Of a stretch of 64,000 bases of DNA, positions 60,822 through 64,000 are shown one piece after another. This stretch comes from Deinococcales bacterium. Its GTDB lineage: Bacteria; Deinococcota; Deinococci; Deinococcales; JAAFIG01. Position 1 is the first letter of the stretch. Each line of letters begins with the position of its first letter. A program made the position numbers and the translations under genes. The notes beneath the pieces are model-generated. The model was not told the origin of the DNA and did not search any database. It worked only from the letters and a program-made list of their open reading frames with translations. The stretch is from assembly GCA_031414595.1 (NCBI GenBank), contig JANNVX010000015.1, positions 29,084 to 93,083 on the forward strand, written 5' to 3'.

Positions 60822-60869
60822 ATATTCACTGTAGTACAAACCTTCTCAAATTTCCATGCTTAAATTTGC

Positions 60870-62447
60870 TTAGCGCTCCTTGGCGATTGCCTCGAGAAAC
60901 CACTTTGGAAGGCGTTTTTGTTGTCTCGAGACCCACATTGGAAACATAGAATCCAAAATATAGGTGGTAGCGTGGTCTTCGGAACTTCTGACGGCTCGTC
61001 CGTAGGCTTGCACAATTCGCAGGGCGGTGCGCCATTCGTACCAAGCGGGGTCTATGAGTCTTCGGGCATTGACTTGTGGGTCGCCTAGGTATGGGTATGG
61101 GACTTTGACGATGACTTGAAAACGGGCTTGTTCATCGGCTAAATCTACCCCTTCGGTCATGCTTGGTGTCAGCAGCACCGTCGGTAAATTCGAGGTCAGG
61201 TGACGCTCGAGTGCATCTTCGCGGCTGGCAGAATCGTAATGATAAATCAGGCGTTTGCCGGCTGGCAGGGTACTGACCAAATAGCGCAGAATTTTATAAC
61301 TGTGGGCGTGAATAATCCCTTTTTCGCCTTGGTGTTTCTCGAGCAGCTTGGCAATTACAGCACTGAGTTTGGGCAGTTCGGCATCCAGTGTATCGCGGTT
61401 TAATCTTGCGACATTGAGTGGGTAAATCGGGCGGTTTTGTGGCGGGAAGCTGCTTGGCACACGAATAAAAGCGGCATCGGCAGGGTCAATTCCAAGGGCG
61501 CGAAGAAAGGTTTCAGCATCTAGGATGGTGGCAGAAAGCATCAAAATTCGACTCGAGTGCCTAAAAAGAAATTCTTCAGCAAAAGCATTGACCATAATTG
61601 GTCGAAATTTCCACCACTGGACGCTGCCATCAAAGGTCACGTCGTCCGATTGTTCGGCAATCCAACCCGCATCGGGTGAATCACGCAGCATCACCGCACG
61701 GCGAACCAAGTTTTCTAGTTCGTTTTTCTGGACACTGATGTCTGGTGGTGGGGCTTCAAGGGTTTTAATTTGTTCCTCGAGCCGAATTAACGCCCGCATC
61801 ATGTCGGGGATTAAACTTGCGACAAAAGAAATCCTGTCCTCGAGATCGGTAATTTGTGGAAAATCTATATCTATGCCAGCCCGAGCCAAGGTTGACTTTG
61901 AAACAAGGACTTCCACAAAACGCATCAGCATTTCTTCGGTGTTGTGGGCTTCGTCTAAAATCAGTAAATCGCGTTTTTGAAATGCCCCTTGATGGTTGAT
62001 TTCACCCATAAAATACGGGTAGTTCAGGGTGGCAATACTCGCGTGAAGTGCGTCGTCTTTAGCAATTAAATAGGTGCAATCATCACAAGCTGGGAATTTC
62101 TTACCCGCCAAACATGGGGCTGCACCCGCATGGGTGTCCATCACCAGACACGGATAATTGCTGCGACCTTTAACCGAAGCAAGGTCTGGAAAATCTCTGA
62201 TGTACTGGTCTTGTAAAATTTTTTGGGCGGTCAAAATATAGGCATTTTTGGCTTCCCTTGCAAGGGTAACAGCAATACCGCTTTTCCCCGCGCCAGTTGG
62301 GGCTTCAATCACCACAACCCGCTTACCTCGAGCATATGCGCCCCTAGCGGCATCCAAGGCTTCGCGTTGTCCCGGACGGTAGGCGGCGTATGGAAAATGG
62401 GTAGTTTGGCTCGAGTTGTCAATGGCGGAATCTTGGCTCGAGGTCAT
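60870..62447 (-). CDS. DinG/XPD-like helicase (compact, Fe-S type)
   Basis: APTGAGKS, KGRSNYPC with four Cys, DEAH, LMLSAT, QAYGRAVRS. Confidence 0.88.
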   Translation of the reverse strand: MTSSQDSAIDNSSQTTHFPYAAYRPGQREALDAARGAYARGKRVVVIEAPTGAGKSGIAVTLAREAKNAYILTAQKILQDQYIRDFPDLASVKGRSNYPCLVMDTHAGAAPCLAGKKFPACDDCTYLIAKDDALHASIATLNYPYFMGEINHQGAFQKRDLLILDEAHNTEEMLMRFVEVLVSKSTLARAGIDIDFPQITDLEDRISFVASLIPDMMRALIRLEEQIKTLEAPPPDISVQKNELENLVRRAVMLRDSPDAGWIAEQSDDVTFDGSVQWWKFRPIMVNAFAEEFLFRHSSRILMLSATILDAETFLRALGIDPADAAFIRVPSSFPPQNRPIYPLNVARLNRDTLDAELPKLSAVIAKLLEKHQGEKGIIHAHSYKILRYLVSTLPAGKRLIYHYDSASREDALERHLTSNLPTVLLTPSMTEGVDLADEQARFQVIVKVPYPYLGDPQVNARRLIDPAWYEWRTALRIVQAYGRAVRSSEDHATTYILDSMFPMWVSRQQKRLPKWFLEAIAKER

Positions 62448-62520
62448 GGCTGCAATCTAACACAATTATGCTCTAAACTAAAAATTGTTTTCTGTGAAAG
62501 CATCGCTTATGCTACACAAT

Positions 62521-63570
62521 ATGAATTTAACCCCCAAAGAACAAGGTTTCACCATGCCCGCAGAATGGGCGCAACACGAATGCGTTTGGACGGCTTACCC
62601 AGCCAATAACCAGATGTGGCTTGGCTATCTCGAGGCAGTTCGGACGGACTTTGCAGCTTTTTTGCGGTTACTCTCGAGTTTCGAGCGGGTCGAACTTGTT
62701 TGCCGTGACCAAGAAGCCTTAAGCGATGCCCAAACTCGGCTCGAGGGTTGCAATGTGCGTTTTCATTTACAGCCGCATAATGATGTTTGGTTTAGGGATT
62801 GCGCTCCAATTTTTGTGACTCGAGGAAAAGAAATAGCTGCCATAGACTGGAAATTTAATGGATGGGGCAATAAATTTGATTCAGAGTTAGATGATAAAAT
62901 CCCAGAATTTATTTGCTCACACCAAAACATGAAACGTTTCCAAACCGATGTTGTCATGGAAGGCGGCGCACTCGAGGTCAACGGCGCGGGAGTGCTGCTG
63001 ACCACCCGCCAGTGCTTACTCGAAAAGCACCGAAATCCAAGTATGACTCCAAACCAAATTGAAGAAGTTCTGCGCGATAACCTTGGTATAGAAAAAATAC
63101 TTTGGCTCGAGGATGGCATGGAAAACGACCACACTGACGGGCATATAGACACCATCACTCGGTTTGTCTCGAGCAACACGATTATTACTTGCATCTGCGA
63201 AGATGTTACCGACCCAAATTACGCGGTTCTCGAGAAGAATTTAGCGCTGCTCAAGACTTTTACCAATGTTCACGGTCAGCCGTTTGAAATTATTACTTTG
63301 CCACTGCCCAAAAATAAGATGTTCTTAAGCGGCGAAATGGCTCGAGCAGAAGGTGCAGAAGGGGAGAGGCTTCCACCAACCTATGCCAATTTTTACATTG
63401 GCAATGGCTGTGTGATTGTGCCGACCTACAATGACCCCAACGATCAAATTGCCCTCGAGATTCTAAGACCACTTTTTCCAAACCGCCAAGTGATTGGAAG
63501 CTCGAGTCACGGGTTAATTCATGGTGGCGGGAGTTTTCACTGTGTTACCCAACAGCAGCCACTTGTTTAA
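62521..63570 (+). CDS. aguA: Agmatine deiminase family protein
   Basis: MPAEW, WFRD, EGGA, DHTDGHID, TYANF, GGSFHCVTQQQP. Confidence 0.93.
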   Translation: MNLTPKEQGFTMPAEWAQHECVWTAYPANNQMWLGYLEAVRTDFAAFLRLLSSFERVELVCRDQEALSDAQTRLEGCNVRFHLQPHNDVWFRDCAPIFVTRGKEIAAIDWKFNGWGNKFDSELDDKIPEFICSHQNMKRFQTDVVMEGGALEVNGAGVLLTTRQCLLEKHRNPSMTPNQIEEVLRDNLGIEKILWLEDGMENDHTDGHIDTITRFVSSNTIITCICEDVTDPNYAVLEKNLALLKTFTNVHGQPFEIITLPLPKNKMFLSGEMARAEGAEGERLPPTYANFYIGNGCVIVPTYNDPNDQIALEILRPLFPNRQVIGSSSHGLIHGGGSFHCVTQQQPLV

Positions 63571-63623
63571 GTTTACTCGAGACCACGCTTATAAAATGTA
63601 AATCTAAAATGGTAAAATGAGCC

Positions 63624-63860
63624 ATGAGCCAAATCGAAGTAGAACAAGCTGCATTGCAATTGCCGATGAAAGCACGGGCGTTTCTAGCCCAAAAGCTCTT
63701 GGAGAGTTTAGAGCAACCCAGCGAAGCCGAACTCGAGGAATTATGGCTTGCCGAAGTTGGAGAACGAATTAAACGAGTCGAACGTGGTGAGTCAAAACTG
63801 ACTTCTTTTGCCGATGCGTTGCAACAAGCTCGAACCGTGGTTGCTAAAACCCATGCTTGA
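63624..63860 (+). CDS. Putative addiction module antitoxin (usually paired with RelE/ParE)
   Basis: ALQLP..RA.LAQKLLESL...W.AE...R pattern. Confidence 0.8.
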   Translation: MSQIEVEQAALQLPMKARAFLAQKLLESLEQPSEAELEELWLAEVGERIKRVERGESKLTSFADALQQARTVVAKTHA

Positions 63861-63863
63861 ACT

Positions 63864-64000
63864 TAGTGCAGCGTCGGATTAAGAAGTAATCTTTGGATAC
63901 CTGTCCGCAAATTTCGTCCGAGCAGATTTGATCGAAAATTGCCAATTAATCTTTATACAGCGCTTATTCCGCTCTTTAACCCAAGTCTTTACTTCACGCT
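63864..64000 (-). mobile_element. End of an IS630-family element (continues beyond the window)
   Basis: Minus-strand frame 63998-63879 reads REVKTWVKERNKRCIKINWQFSIKSARTKFADRYPKITS*, a typical IS630 transposase C-terminus. A TA at 63864-63865 marks the likely end. Confidence 0.75.

Overview
A chromosomal segment of roughly 48% GC (by eye), most likely from a Deinococcota bacterium. This is inferred from the gene content and from more than 20 genes that have a TANNNT -10 box 5-7 nt before the start codon and no Shine-Dalgarno (SD), i.e. leaderless mRNAs. Housekeeping genes (smpB, amidase, smc, galT, pgi, gltA, two csp copies, crtY, nfeD-floA, udk, murE, guaB, ggt, pnp, aguA, tRNA-Ser(CGA)) are mixed with accessory genes: three type II toxin-antitoxin loci, an ABC-ATPase/PIN pair, two STAND/BTAD regulators each followed by an exported protein, and two S8 lipoproteases. 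The window ends in an IS630 element. Main observations: (1) the palindrome CTCGAG is about 25-fold over-represented and forms terminator stems, like a HIP1- or DUS-type signal. (2) A 53-aa ORF missing from the ORF track (YxxPxL...LTG, RiPP-leader-like) is translationally coupled to a large S8 lipoprotein. (3) 11-bp-period direct repeats sit at nearly the same distance from the -10 box in front of three secreted-protein loci, suggesting a SARP/STAND regulon. (4) The two csp leaders share a covarying structure whose loop can pair with the coding region. (5) GTAG-type REPs occur in intergenic DNA, and a palindromic element appears inserted in frame in smc. No CRISPR array or rRNA was seen. All calls come from reading motifs by eye; no database search was run.
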